Source: Rhodothermales bacterium
GTDB taxonomy: Bacteria; Bacteroidota; Rhodothermia; Rhodothermales; VXPQ01
Length of the DNA stretch: 64,000 bases
NCBI GenBank assembly: GCA_040904565.1
Contig: JBBDTI010000030.1
Location: forward strand, 59,772 to 123,771
Reading direction: 5' to 3'
The notes below the pieces were generated by a model that saw only the letters and a program-made list of their open reading frames with translations, ran no database searches and had not been told where the DNA came from. The number at the start of each line of letters is the position of its first letter. The stretch's first letter is position 1. Positions 9,341-20,700 of this stretch are shown in pieces. The translations under genes were made by a program, and so were the position numbers.

Positions 9341-11132
9341 CGTATCCAGGAAACTCAATGCGCTCCTCACCGTGCGTGAGAAGCGGTCCTTCGCCTTACT
9401 GATCGCGGCGATACTGGCCATGGCATTTCTGGAGGTTGCCGGGATTGCCGCGATCATGCCTTTCATGCAAATCGTTTCGGCACCTGAGACGGTGCAATCA
9501 AACCGCTGGCTTAGTGCTGTCTATGAGTGGATGGATTTCGACAGCGTCCGCAGTTTCATGCTGTTCGTGGGCGGCCTCGTTCTCGGGGTCATGACGCTTT
9601 CCAAGATCGCCGGTGCGTGGACCAAGTGGATGCAGCACCGCTTTGTCTGGCTCACGGCGCACTCGCTGTCGACGCGCTTGTTGACGCGGTATCTCCAGCA
9701 GCCGTATGAGTTTTACCTGACCCACGCGCCGACGACGCTGCAAAAGCAGGTCGTTGGAGAAGTAAAGCAACTCGTACGCGAGGTGCTGTTGCCATTGGTA
9801 CGGTTGATCGCACAGGGGATCGTGGCCGTCGTCATCTTCATTCTCCTGATCATTGTCGACCCCGTGCTCGCCTTAACGGTGCTCGGCACGCTCGGCGGTG
9901 CGTACGCCGTCATCTATTTCACCGTCCGACGCTATCTGTCTAAGCTCGGCTCCAGGCGGTTCATACTATTTCGGCAGTCGTTCAAAGCCGTTGCCGAGAC
10001 GTTCGGGGTGGTAAAAACGATCAAGGTGCATCGTTCCGAACGCCACTTCATCGAACGCTTTCGGGTCATCGATCGCGAGCAATCCAGAATCCAGCCGAAA
10101 TATGCGGTAATAGCCGAGACCCCTCAGATTCTCATCGAACTTCTGGCCTTCGGTGGAATTCTCGTCATCCTCCTGTATCTGCTGGCGACGGAGCAGAATA
10201 TGAGGACGGTGATTCCGATGCTGAGCCTGTACGCTGTCGCGGGGCATCGGCTCATCCCGTCACTGCAGCAGGCATTCAATGCGCTGGCGATGCTGCGCTT
10301 CAACCACAGCGTCCTGGATTCCATACATGAGGACCTGACACAGATCGGGGCGTTACCCCTGCTGAACGGCGTTTCGATAGAGGGGAGACATCGAGGCATT
10401 AGAAGCATCGAGCTGCGCGACGTTTCGTACAGCTATCCGTCGTCGGAGGAAGTTATTCTCAAGAACATCAACCTGAATATCAAACCGGGAAGCCGCATTG
10501 CCTTCGTCGGTTCTACCGGATCGGGAAAATCCACACTGGCTGATATCATCCTCGGTCTGCTTCCACCTACGACCGGCGAGGTAATCGTGGACGGCGTTCC
10601 CCTAACCGCCGAAAAGGTGCGAGCGTGGCTCGGCATGATAGGTTACGTCCCACAGGAGGTCATCTTGACCGACGATTCGATCGTTCGAAACATCGCGTTC
10701 GGTCTCGATCAAGACCAGATCGACATGGAGCTGGTACGGAGCGTATCCGCAGTAGCATGCATCCTTGATTTCGTCGAGCAGGATCTGCCCGACGGGTTTG
10801 ATACGCGAGTGGGGGAGCGAGGAATTCGCTTGAGCGGAGGCCAGCGTCAGCGTATCGGCCTCGCGCGGGCGCTGTATCACGGTCCCCAGGTGCTGGTCCT
10901 TGATGAGGCGACGAGCTCACTTGACGGTGTGACGGAGGATTCCGTGATGAACGCTCTGTCGCAGTTGAAGAGACGAATGACCGTCATCACGATCGCGCAC
11001 AGGATTGCCACCGTCGAAGGCTGCGACAAGATCTACCTGCTCGATAACGGCCGCATCGTGGAAGCGGGCAGCTACGAAGACTTGATGGAGACAAGCACGG
11101 CCTTTCGCGGCCTTGCCCGTGTCGCATTGTGA
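9333..11132 (+). CDS. ABC exporter, fused membrane and ATPase domains (PglK/MsbA-like glycan flippase)
   Basis: N-terminal TM helices, Walker A GSTGSGKST, signature LSGGQRQR, Walker B VLVLDEATS, IAHR. Start placed at MSDVSRK. Confidence 0.9.
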   Translation: MSDVSRKLNALLTVREKRSFALLIAAILAMAFLEVAGIAAIMPFMQIVSAPETVQSNRWLSAVYEWMDFDSVRSFMLFVGGLVLGVMTLSKIAGAWTKWMQHRFVWLTAHSLSTRLLTRYLQQPYEFYLTHAPTTLQKQVVGEVKQLVREVLLPLVRLIAQGIVAVVIFILLIIVDPVLALTVLGTLGGAYAVIYFTVRRYLSKLGSRRFILFRQSFKAVAETFGVVKTIKVHRSERHFIERFRVIDREQSRIQPKYAVIAETPQILIELLAFGGILVILLYLLATEQNMRTVIPMLSLYAVAGHRLIPSLQQAFNALAMLRFNHSVLDSIHEDLTQIGALPLLNGVSIEGRHRGIRSIELRDVSYSYPSSEEVILKNINLNIKPGSRIAFVGSTGSGKSTLADIILGLLPPTTGEVIVDGVPLTAEKVRAWLGMIGYVPQEVILTDDSIVRNIAFGLDQDQIDMELVRSVSAVACILDFVEQDLPDGFDTRVGERGIRLSGGQRQRIGLARALYHGPQVLVLDEATSSLDGVTEDSVMNALSQLKRRMTVITIAHRIATVEGCDKIYLLDNGRIVEAGSYEDLMETSTAFRGLARVAL

Positions 11133-11179
11133 TTCACTCCGCCCCCGGCCACGGACCAGACGCCTTCGCGGCGATATAG

Positions 11180-12214
11180 ATGAAGGACAACGTGGAAAGA
11201 AAGCCGCCGACGCTCCGTGAGCTGCCGCCACCCCCGGAAGGAAGGACGGGCTGGCCATGGACGGCGGGCGTAAAGCCGGGCCCCCCTGTCCGACCGGACG
11301 GTACGCCCTGGCCGCGCATTACGGTCGTGACGCCCAGCCTGAACCAGGGGATGTACATCGAGGAAACCATCCGTTCCGTGCTGTTGCAACAGTATCCCGG
11401 CATGCAGTACGTCATATTCGATGGTGGCAGTAGCGATGAAAGTGTCTCCATCATCCGGAAATATGAGCCATGGATCTCTCACTGGGTCAGTGAGCCGGAC
11501 CGCGGTCAGAGCCACGCGATAAACAAAGGACTTGCGATGGCCACAGGGGATATTGTCAACTGGATCAACTCCGACGACATCCTTACTCCTGGCGCGCTGC
11601 GGATCGTAGGAGAGGCATTCGTCGATTGTGACATGGTCGCCGGCGGCAATTACTTCTTATTTCGGAATCTGGAAAAAGACCGGTATGCAAAGGGTCTGAC
11701 GGCGAGGGGACTCCTTCGACGGGAATCGACGTCGCGTCTGCAGCAAATGGCGATGTGGTTTCGGCGAGACGGCGCACTGCTGTGCGGGGGTATGGATGAG
11801 GAGATGCATTTTGCATTCGATCAGGACTTTTTCGTTCGGTATCTCCATACGTTTCCGAGGGTCACCTACGTCAGCGAAATGCTGGGGTGGTTTCGGCAGC
11901 ACGAAGCGGCGAAAACGGCCGCACTCCGGCCGAAATTCCTTCCGGAGCGCCTGCGCACGGTCGACAAGATCCGTCAGGATCCCAGGTGGGCCGATCTAAA
12001 AAAGGACGCGGAATATGCGGCGCGAAGATATCAGTGGTGGATTCGACTAGCCGATATCGTAAACAGCCCCGTTAAGAGTACGCGCCTGCGAGCTCTCAGG
12101 GTCTTGATTACGTCCGGCGTCGATCCATCCATTCGCTGGGATTACGTCACACGCAAGGCCGTGAAGAAGCTCCTTATGGGATCTGAATTACGTCCTTTCA
12201 CACCCGTCATTTGA
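11180..12214 (+). CDS. GT2 family glycosyltransferase
   Basis: LPPPPEGRTGWPW, VVTPSLNQG, DGGSSD, SEPDRGQSHAINKG, WINSDD. Confidence 0.92.
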   Translation: MKDNVERKPPTLRELPPPPEGRTGWPWTAGVKPGPPVRPDGTPWPRITVVTPSLNQGMYIEETIRSVLLQQYPGMQYVIFDGGSSDESVSIIRKYEPWISHWVSEPDRGQSHAINKGLAMATGDIVNWINSDDILTPGALRIVGEAFVDCDMVAGGNYFLFRNLEKDRYAKGLTARGLLRRESTSRLQQMAMWFRRDGALLCGGMDEEMHFAFDQDFFVRYLHTFPRVTYVSEMLGWFRQHEAAKTAALRPKFLPERLRTVDKIRQDPRWADLKKDAEYAARRYQWWIRLADIVNSPVKSTRLRALRVLITSGVDPSIRWDYVTRKAVKKLLMGSELRPFTPVI

Positions 12215-12227
12215 ACGGAAGGGCACC

Positions 12228-13412
12228 ATGAGATTATTTTCTTCTCGACGTCCACTTCTAAAGCAAAAAAGGCAAACGTTAGGCCCCGTACGGTTTAACG
12301 AAGTATGCCCGCACGTACGAAAGGACTTCTACACCCCGGCCCGCGAAGTATCAATTCCGGACGCCAGGGCCCTTCCTGCATCGAAGCCCTGGAGCCACCT
12401 GCGAGGCGGAACGTACGTCGTGCCGGAAGACTTCGTGTCGGTGCTTCAGGATCCGTACTACTGCACGACGAACAACGTCCTCTTGGTCGATGAACGACGG
12501 GTACTGCTCGAGTCGATGAACGCGGAAGTTGGCGTGGCCAAATCGCTGGCACCCGTTTCGACAGAAGCCTTCGAGCGAGCGGAGACCATCCGTGGAGTCA
12601 CGACCTCGTTCGATTCGAACTTCAGCGGCTATTACCATCAACTCGTCGAGCTTCTTCCTCGGATCGCCGCACTCAACACGCAGCCGTACACCGATATGGA
12701 CGAAGTAAAGCTGCTCTGTCCGGAGGTGGTGTACCCCGTTGCGAGATTGGTGCTGGAACGTATGAGCAAGCTGAACCTTCGCCCGATGCACGTCGAGAAA
12801 GGACGTGTTCTGCGGCCGGAACAGTATCTCTTCACACCTTTCAAGACGCGCCAGTTCGCCGGATATGTGCCGGCGTCGTACGTGAGGGCCGTGCACGAAG
12901 CCGTTCTCCCGCAACGCCCTCCGTCCCGACGCCATCGCATTTTCATCTCGCGGGAAGGCTCGAGCAAGCGCCAGATGCTCAATCAGGAAGATCTACTGAG
13001 CGCACTGTCCCGGCTGGGTTTCCAGAAATTCATCCTGGAGGACCTGTCCGCGCCGGAGCAGATCGAACTCTTCCACGACGCGGAGGTGGTGGTAGGCACG
13101 CACGGCGCGGGGCTTACGAACGTCCTTTTCTCGAAGCGGCTGAAAGTACTCGAGATATTCCCTCGCGATTTCATCGAGCCGCACTACCTGTTTCTCTGTA
13201 ATTCGCTGGGCCATACCTACAGACATCTGGTCAATGAAAACTGCTCGCGTTGGGACCTAGACTATCTCGCCGTACGCGCTCGACAGCGGATCGACCGTTC
13301 CTCGTCCTGGAATGGGTACGATGCGTATTCGAGCGCGCGCTCCATCAACCTGTCTTTTTCTGTCGACGTGCCGTCCGTAATAACGAGTCTGGCGGAGATG
13401 GGCGTACGATAG
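12228..13412 (+). CDS. GT61 / DUF563 family glycosyltransferase
   Basis: YYHQLVELLPR, RIFISR, EQIELFHDAEVVVGTHGAGLTNVLF. Confidence 0.88.
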   Translation: MRLFSSRRPLLKQKRQTLGPVRFNEVCPHVRKDFYTPAREVSIPDARALPASKPWSHLRGGTYVVPEDFVSVLQDPYYCTTNNVLLVDERRVLLESMNAEVGVAKSLAPVSTEAFERAETIRGVTTSFDSNFSGYYHQLVELLPRIAALNTQPYTDMDEVKLLCPEVVYPVARLVLERMSKLNLRPMHVEKGRVLRPEQYLFTPFKTRQFAGYVPASYVRAVHEAVLPQRPPSRRHRIFISREGSSKRQMLNQEDLLSALSRLGFQKFILEDLSAPEQIELFHDAEVVVGTHGAGLTNVLFSKRLKVLEIFPRDFIEPHYLFLCNSLGHTYRHLVNENCSRWDLDYLAVRARQRIDRSSSWNGYDAYSSARSINLSFSVDVPSVITSLAEMGVR

Positions 13413-13496
13413 CCGAGTCATCGATCCTGTGGTCGGTCCGCTGCGAACTATCGCAGCCGCCTCCCAGTGGATGTTCATCAACAACGTATAAAACGA

Positions 13497-14378
13497 ATGC
13501 TCCCTGACTTTGTCATTGTCGGTGCCGCACGATCCGGCACGACGTCCCTGTACCGCTACTGCGCGGAGCATCCAGAGATTTTCATGAGCGGCGTGAAGGA
13601 GACCAATTTCTTCTCGTCGAACCCGTTTGAATTTACCCGGGCGACCTACGAGCGCTTGTTCGAAACGGCAAATGGAGCGTGTGCCGTCGGAGAAGCTTCG
13701 CCGTCGTATCTGTACGATGCCGTCGCTCCGGCAGCCATCAAGCAAGCTATTCCGGAGTGCCGAATCGTCATCATTCTTCGCGACCCGGGCGAACGACTCA
13801 TCTCGGATTTCTACTACAGTCAGGGCTGGGGCAGCAATCTCGACGTCGATTTCACGACGTTTCTGACCGCATGCATTGAGCGTGAAGGAGCAGGCCGGCA
13901 GGGTTTCGTGCCTGCACTCATGGCAGAAAAAGGGATGTACGCGGAGCAGGTGCAGCGATACCTGGACGTCTTTTCCGAACGTCGCATGTTTATTCGGCTC
14001 TTTGACGACTTACAGGAGAACCCCCGCAAGGTTGTAGCTGAGCTCTACGAATTCCTGGGAGTCGATTCGTCCTTCGAGCCGGAGCTGGAGCAGGTCCATA
14101 ATGCCAATTCGGAGCCGGTTTTCCCGCTGCTGTCACGCCTGATAAAGCGCGCCGGGCGGCTCGAAACCCTTCTTGTCGATCCCCTCGTCCCCAGCACGAT
14201 GAAAGGCCGCGTCACCAACCTCATGCTCGATTTGAATCGACGGCGAAGAGGAAAGGAGAGCGTGCGCCGATCGATTACGCCGGAAGACAGGGCGAGGCTC
14301 GCCCAGTTATACCACGTCCAGACGCATGCCCTGGAACGGCTGATCGACAGGGACTTGAGCCACTGGCTGCGATGCTGA
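13497..14378 (+). CDS. Sulfotransferase (heparan-sulfotransferase-like fold)
   Basis: LPDFVIVGAARSGTTSL, KETNFF, GEASPSYL, ILRDPGERLISDF. Confidence 0.9.
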   Translation: MLPDFVIVGAARSGTTSLYRYCAEHPEIFMSGVKETNFFSSNPFEFTRATYERLFETANGACAVGEASPSYLYDAVAPAAIKQAIPECRIVIILRDPGERLISDFYYSQGWGSNLDVDFTTFLTACIEREGAGRQGFVPALMAEKGMYAEQVQRYLDVFSERRMFIRLFDDLQENPRKVVAELYEFLGVDSSFEPELEQVHNANSEPVFPLLSRLIKRAGRLETLLVDPLVPSTMKGRVTNLMLDLNRRRRGKESVRRSITPEDRARLAQLYHVQTHALERLIDRDLSHWLRC

Positions 14379-14496
14379 GAGGCGTGACCTTCATCAAACC
14401 GACCACCACTTTCCGGAATCCGGTCCGCCTGCGACGATTTCATACTGACAACGACGACTTCAAAACAACCGTCATGACGACCGGCCCGCTTATATA

Positions 14497-15885
14497 ATGA
14501 TAGGAAACGGGGGAATATCACTTCGAACGCGTCTTGAGTCGGTGATCGGCCAGGAGCTCGTAATCGGGCTAGTGGCGATCGGCGCGGCTGGAGGAGCGAT
14601 CCTCTATGGGGGCGAAGAGGGCCTCGCCGCACTCTATCTTGTAGCTCTCACGATCGGTGGAGGCCTGATAGCCTACCGTTTTCCGACGTCGACCCTTATG
14701 GCGTGGGCGGTTCTCTCGCTGTACTGGCGTCAGCTGATGGACGCCGTCGACATCGCAGGCGGCATCGATGCTCGACCGACCGATCCGATTCTTCTCGCCA
14801 TGGCCGTCGCTCTGGTCTACGCCTTCATGCAGGGTGATCGACGAACCCAGTACGTGTTCACCGGTCCCTGTATCATGTGGGTCGCGTTCTTCGCTTGGGT
14901 CGGACTGCAGGTCGGAATGTCTTCACCCAGGTACGGGCTCGTGAGTGCGCTCGGCGAGTTCCGATTGTCGTTCCAGCCATTGCTGGTCCTGCCGTTCATT
15001 GTCGCATTCGTACGAACAAAGGAGCAGCAGCGGCGGCTTTTCATAGGGTTGGTATGGCTGTCGGTTGTTTTTGTCTCGGTCGCGATTGTAAACGGCCTCT
15101 TTTTCCACGACGGTACCGGATCGAAAGGAACCCGATGGATGGTGGCTCACGTCAATCTTGCCCTCGCTCTGGTCATCGGGGCGTGGTATACGGCCCGGCG
15201 AACGGGTTTCTGGACGGGAGCATCCAACGCCTACGGCGTCCTGCTGCTCGCCGGCCTGGCGCTAATCGTATTTTGCGCGCATAGGTCGGTCTGGGCCGCG
15301 ACCGTAACGATCATCTTCTGCCTATCGGTATTCGGGCTCATCTCCGCAAAGGATTGCTTCAAGCTGGCAGGGGGACTTTTGCTGGCCGCCTTCACCATCG
15401 ACATCCTCGCGGCCGACCTCAATCTTATCGACTTCGTGCGTGAACGGATGACGGCGTTCACGTCATACACCGAGGATGCGACCGCCAGCTGGCGAGCACA
15501 AGTCTGGGCCGCTGCGATTGAACAGGTCAAAGCGAATCCCGTCTCCGGCAAGGGCCTTGGAAACTATTTCTACTTTCAACTCGACGACACACGCGTCGTG
15601 ACGACGATCCCGCACAACGTGTACGTGCAGCTCAGCCTACAGGTCGGCCTGGTCGGACTCTGTCTGTACCTGGCGATGGTTGGGCATATGTTTCAGGTGC
15701 TTCGCCGCGCTTACCGGCGCGCCGGCGACATTCATTCGCTCTCCCTCACCATGTATGGAATGATCGCGTTGCTCGGAGGGTCGGTGTTTTACTTCGCATA
15801 CGGTTTTGAGCCGTTCACATGGCTGTTCGTAGGCGCCGGAATGGCGGCAGCACTCACACAGTCGACTTCATTCCCAAGAGACTAA
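14497..15885 (+). CDS. O-antigen ligase / Wzy-like polytopic membrane protein
   Basis: Many TM segments; HRSVWAA, SWRAQVWAAA, NPVSGKGLG, PHNVYVQLSLQVGLVG (Wzy_C-type). Confidence 0.85.
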   Translation: MIGNGGISLRTRLESVIGQELVIGLVAIGAAGGAILYGGEEGLAALYLVALTIGGGLIAYRFPTSTLMAWAVLSLYWRQLMDAVDIAGGIDARPTDPILLAMAVALVYAFMQGDRRTQYVFTGPCIMWVAFFAWVGLQVGMSSPRYGLVSALGEFRLSFQPLLVLPFIVAFVRTKEQQRRLFIGLVWLSVVFVSVAIVNGLFFHDGTGSKGTRWMVAHVNLALALVIGAWYTARRTGFWTGASNAYGVLLLAGLALIVFCAHRSVWAATVTIIFCLSVFGLISAKDCFKLAGGLLLAAFTIDILAADLNLIDFVRERMTAFTSYTEDATASWRAQVWAAAIEQVKANPVSGKGLGNYFYFQLDDTRVVTTIPHNVYVQLSLQVGLVGLCLYLAMVGHMFQVLRRAYRRAGDIHSLSLTMYGMIALLGGSVFYFAYGFEPFTWLFVGAGMAAALTQSTSFPRD

Positions 15886-16746
15886 ATGCAGATGCTTTCC
15901 GTACTACGGCGCATGCGTTGGATCGGCCGCGTTGATGCGAGTCTGGAGACGCCGATATATATCTGTTGCTACCATAAGGTGGGCACCAAGCTCCTTCGCA
16001 AGGTGTTCAAGCGCATCAGTAGAGACTTCGGTTGGAAGTTCGGTGCCATTTCGGGCCAGTGCACGCACATACCGCCTGAATATGACGTCATTATGTTCCC
16101 ACACTCTCTCGTCGACCTTGATTCCGTTGAACGGCACTTTACTGCCATCCATCTCGTGAGAGACCCGAGAGACGTCATCGTTTCCGGATATCTCTATCAT
16201 AAGCGCTGTAATGAACCCTGGTGTAGGAATACCGACTTTGACTGGAGTGATCCGCTCAATTATCCGATCGTACCACGGTCGCAGGACCACCGTCCACTCG
16301 AATGGAAGAAGAACTACTTGAATTCGCTGAACGGCCGTTCCTATCAGGAAAACCTCAGGAGTCTTGCTCAGGAAGACGGCCTGCTTTTCGAGATGGATCA
16401 CTACGCATCCTGGACGATTCGTCAGATGGAATCCTGGGACTACTCGCGGCCGGATACGCTCGAGTTGAAGTTCGAGGACATCATGACGGATTTTGAGGCG
16501 TCGTTCGCATCGATGTTTGCGCACGTCGGCTTTAATAAGATACAAACGGACTTCGCGTCGTCCGTTGCGATTACAGAGGACATTAGCCGAATGACGGACA
16601 AGGAGATCATGATGAACAATCATATCTCTGCTCGAAGCACGTCAAAATGGAGTCGGTACTTTACGCCGAAACTCAAGGACGAATTTAAGGCCCGGTTTCC
16701 GGACACGCTGCAGCGCCTCGGATATGAGACGTCGACCGACTGGTGA
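15886..16746 (+). CDS. Sulfotransferase domain protein
   Basis: CYHKVGT, HLVRDPRDVIVSGYLYH, LKFEDI, KWSRYFT. Confidence 0.82.
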   Translation: MQMLSVLRRMRWIGRVDASLETPIYICCYHKVGTKLLRKVFKRISRDFGWKFGAISGQCTHIPPEYDVIMFPHSLVDLDSVERHFTAIHLVRDPRDVIVSGYLYHKRCNEPWCRNTDFDWSDPLNYPIVPRSQDHRPLEWKKNYLNSLNGRSYQENLRSLAQEDGLLFEMDHYASWTIRQMESWDYSRPDTLELKFEDIMTDFEASFASMFAHVGFNKIQTDFASSVAITEDISRMTDKEIMMNNHISARSTSKWSRYFTPKLKDEFKARFPDTLQRLGYETSTDW

Positions 16747-16755
16747 GCTGCCGCT

Positions 16756-16780
16756 TGAACCGCCCCGGGCACATGGACGC
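16756..16780 (+). mobile_element. Solo IS3-family (IS51-group-like) terminal inverted repeat remnant
   Basis: TGAACCGCCCCGGG is the typical IS51-group end; the same 14-mer occurs at 28302. Confidence 0.5.
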
Positions 16781-16925
16781 AGGCTCCAGCTTTTCGGGAC
16801 CGTAAGCGGCTCTTCGAGACTGCTTCGCACGTCCGTCGGAATGGCTTTCTCCTGGGGCCATCCTCGATCCGAAACCATAGATCGAGCACAATACGTCGGG
16901 GAGATGGGTTATCGGGAGATATACG

Positions 16926-17765
16926 TCAAGGGCCTGCCAACTTCTCCAGATCTCCGGTCGAAATGTACCGTAGCAGTGTATCGCCATTCCAGGCGGAAGC
17001 AGCCTGCCGGCCGGTAAGAAGAAAGGGCGTATCGTCGATGGGAGGGACCCAGGAGAAACAGGATTGCATGGACAGAATCGTTCTGTTGATGCGCCGCCTC
17101 CTGGACCGCTTTGAGAAGCAGTTGTTGGTCACCAGCATGAGTTTGGTGGCACCATCCGGTGGGGTCCCATTTACGACCGTTCGCTCCACCTGGAGATGGC
17201 CCGCGCCGATCAATCCGAGAAAATCCTCCTCCATTCGGTCTCGAACGACGTCATAGACGCGCACCGTAAGCGGGAAGACGCGGCTCCAGCGAGTGACGAG
17301 CTGATCATAGGCGAGACGCGGGCGAACAATCGCCGCGAACTCCGCAGGTGCGCCGCTTACCTTGCCTGTTTTGATGTGCTGGCGGTAGGAGGATCCGAGA
17401 AAACCGACCGGTCGACGAAGATACAGAATAACCTGTACGTCCCAATCGTTCGTAGCACGTGCCAGCCGCTCAATGCCGTCGTCGGGAAGAAACCAGAATC
17501 CCTCGCAACTTATCACGGTCGTTCGAAAGTCTCGGCCTTCGTCAGCGAGCCTTGAGAAAAGGATCGGCTCCCCGGCATCTCGAATCTCTCTGAAGAGACC
17601 CCAGTGCGCGCCTCGCCGGCGCCCGGTCGTCGGGTTGAGAATGGCGACATCCTTCAGTGCTGTTGCCTGGCGAAGAAGGGCTGCCTGAATGGCTGTCGAA
17701 CCAGCTTTAGACATACCCGCGTGAATGATGAGTCGCCGTGCGTGCATACCTGGATTCTCCATCAT
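16926..17765 (-). CDS. Sulfotransferase-like P-loop protein
   Basis: LIIHAGMSKAGSTAIQ, VISCEGF, VILYLRRP..SSYRQ. ATGA overlap with the stop of the upstream T9SS gene. Confidence 0.75.
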   Translation of the reverse strand: MMENPGMHARRLIIHAGMSKAGSTAIQAALLRQATALKDVAILNPTTGRRRGAHWGLFREIRDAGEPILFSRLADEGRDFRTTVISCEGFWFLPDDGIERLARATNDWDVQVILYLRRPVGFLGSSYRQHIKTGKVSGAPAEFAAIVRPRLAYDQLVTRWSRVFPLTVRVYDVVRDRMEEDFLGLIGAGHLQVERTVVNGTPPDGATKLMLVTNNCFSKRSRRRRINRTILSMQSCFSWVPPIDDTPFLLTGRQAASAWNGDTLLRYISTGDLEKLAGP

Positions 17766-20700
17766 TCCAGCAGGATCATCTTTGCGACACCTACAAACGT
17801 GCCGGCCTGAATCCGATAGAGATAGAGCCCGCTGGCAAGTCCATTCGCGTCGAATGCCGCACGATGGAAGCCCGGCTCCATCCCTTCGTCTACGAGAAGT
17901 GCGACGCGCCGCCCCAGAACGTCAAAGACTTCCAGTCGAACGTGAGCACTCTCGGGCAACGAGAATTCGATCGTCGTGCGTGGATTGAATGGATTCGGGT
18001 AGTTGCCGGAAAGCTCGAAACGATCGGGCAGCGGATCTCCCTGCAACGTCATCCCCGCCGCCTGGAGAGATGGCTCCGTCGTCGCGGCATTGGTGTCGTC
18101 CGTTTGTACGCTTTCCGCCGGGCCGTCTCCCGAGGGCGTGAAATGTGGATCGGTCGTAAGGAGGAGACGGTCGACGATCAAACCATCCTCGCGCATCCAA
18201 ATCCCGACGGTATATAGACCGGTGCTGGTCACCTCTACCGTGGCCGGCGTTGACGTTCCCATGAGCAGGGTCGCCCAGGTCCACGTACTCCGCTCGTCCT
18301 TTCTCAGCTGGATTCCATGCGGAACGGGTTCGCCGTTCAAGCCGAGGTAGAATGAGTCGTCCTTCCACGTTTCGCCCCAGACACGAGTCCAGACGTAGTA
18401 TGTACCGGTCGTGGAGAATTCGATTTGATACTGCAGGTTGGGACTCAGGGTCGGATCGTTGAAGTTCGCGTCCGTATTCGGGTCGGCGATCATGGACGAG
18501 CCGACGTTTCCACTCGCGGTATGCACGATCCAGCTATGGCTTGCCGTCTCGAAATTGCCGTGGTGGTTCTCGGCCTCTATCACGACCTGCCCGCCCGACT
18601 CCACGAAGGCAACGCCACCTGATCCGCTGGTAACGGACACGGTATCAGACGACGTCGACGTGGCGCCGTCGTTGTCGGTCACGACCAGGGTGACGATGTA
18701 CGCGCCGGCCGCGTTGTACGTGTACGACGCCGACCCTTCGGTTGTGGTGGTGTCCACCCCGGCTACCTCGCCGAAATCCCAGGCGTAGGAGACGATCGTG
18801 CCGTCGGAGTCGGTGGAAGCCGAGGCGTCGAATGTGACCGCAAGGGGGGCTTCACCCTCCTTCGGGGTTGCTGAAAAACTCGCCACCGGCACGGCATTGG
18901 TGTCGTCCGTTTGTACGCTTTCCGCCGGGCCGTCTCCCGAGGGCGTGAAATGTGGATCGGTCGTAAGGAGGAGACGGTCGACGATCAAACCATCCTCGCG
19001 CATCCAAATCCCGACGGTATATAGACCGGTGCTGGTCACCTCTACCGTGGCCGGCGTTGACGTTCCCATGAGCAGGGTCGCCCAGGTCCACGTACTCCGC
19101 TCGTCCTTTCTCAGCTGGATTCCATGCGGAACGGGTTCGCCGTTCAAGCCGAGGTAGAATGAGTCGTCCTTCCACGTTTCGCCCCAGACACGAGTCCAGA
19201 CGTAGTATGTACCGGTCGTGGAGAATTCGATTTGATACTGCAGGTTGGGACTCAGGGTCGGATCGTTGAAGTTCGCGTCCGTATTCGGGTCGGCGATCAT
19301 GGACGAGCCGACGTTTCCACTCGCGGTATGCACGATCCAGCTATGGCTTGCCGTCTCGAAATTGCCGTGGTGGTTCTCGGCCTCTATCACGACCTGCCCG
19401 CCCGACTCCACGAAGGCAACGCCACCTGATCCGCTGGTAACGGACACGGTATCAGACGACGTCGACGTGGCGCCGTCGTTGTCGGTCACGACCAGGGTGA
19501 CGATGTACGCGCCGGCCGCGTTGTACGTGTACGACGCCGACCCTTCGGTTGTGGTGGTGTCCACCCCGGCTACCTCGCCGAAATCCCAGGCGTAGGAGAC
19601 GATCGTGCCGTCGGAGTCGATGGAAGCCGAGGCGTCGAATGTGACCGCAAGGGGGGCTTCGCCTTCCTGCGGCGTAGCTGAAAAACTCGCCACCGGCGCG
19701 GTGTTTATTAAGCCCGCCGGAACCCCCATGAACGTCTGTGCGGCGTTTGCACCGCCCGAATAATACATGATGTCGTTTATGACGCCGGCAATACCTGACC
19801 GGCGCTTCACGGGAAGTGGCGTCATCGATGTCCACGAATTTGTCGCGGGATCGTACACGTCCACATTGGCGAGCGCGATCCCGTGCTTTCTCTCTCCACC
19901 GAGTGAGATAATGCGGCCGTCCAATATGGCAGCGGCATGATGGCTTCGCGCCAGCGGTAAATCTGCGACGGGCGCCCACGTGTCGCTTTCGGCGTTGTAT
20001 GCGTGAACGGAGGTCTGCGTCACCAGATTGTCGTCGTGTTTGTGCTGCCCGCCAATGGCGAAGATGCTGCTTCCCAGCACGGCCGAGGCCATATGATGGC
20101 GCGCGTTCGGCAGTGAGGCGGCTATCGTCCACCCGCCCGGCGTATTCGCGAGATCCAGGACGAAGTGGTCTGCCACGTCTATTGTTCGTTCGATGTTGGT
20201 GCCGCCGAAATAGTGCAGCTTGCCATCGAAGTACTCAAGCCCGCCGCCGGCTCGTTCCACAGGGAGCTCTGGCAGAGGCGAATACGTGTTAGTAGCCAGG
20301 TTGTAGCCGAAAACTTCCCGCGTCCCGAAGATCTGAGCGGTGCCGGTCGCATCGGCAATGTAGCCGCCGGCGATGTAGATGTTCGTTCCATCTGTCGTCA
20401 CGCCGTGGTGCGTAGCACCGCCACCGTTTGCGTGGGGCAGGTCGGCGATCGCGGTCCACGTATTGGCTCCCGGATCGTACACGTAGGACCGTTTGGTCGG
20501 TGTACAACAGCTTTTCTGGCTGTCGAATCCGCCGAAAGAGTAGAGCTTGCCCCCGACGACCGCGCCCTGGCCTTCTGCGTTCTTCACAGGCTGCGGGCTA
20601 ACCTGGCTCCAGGTGGCCTCCGACAGGTCGGACGTAGCGCCGGCCTGGCCTACTGTTATCGTTTTGGACGAGGATTTCCAGGCGCCCTCATCGTCCTGGA

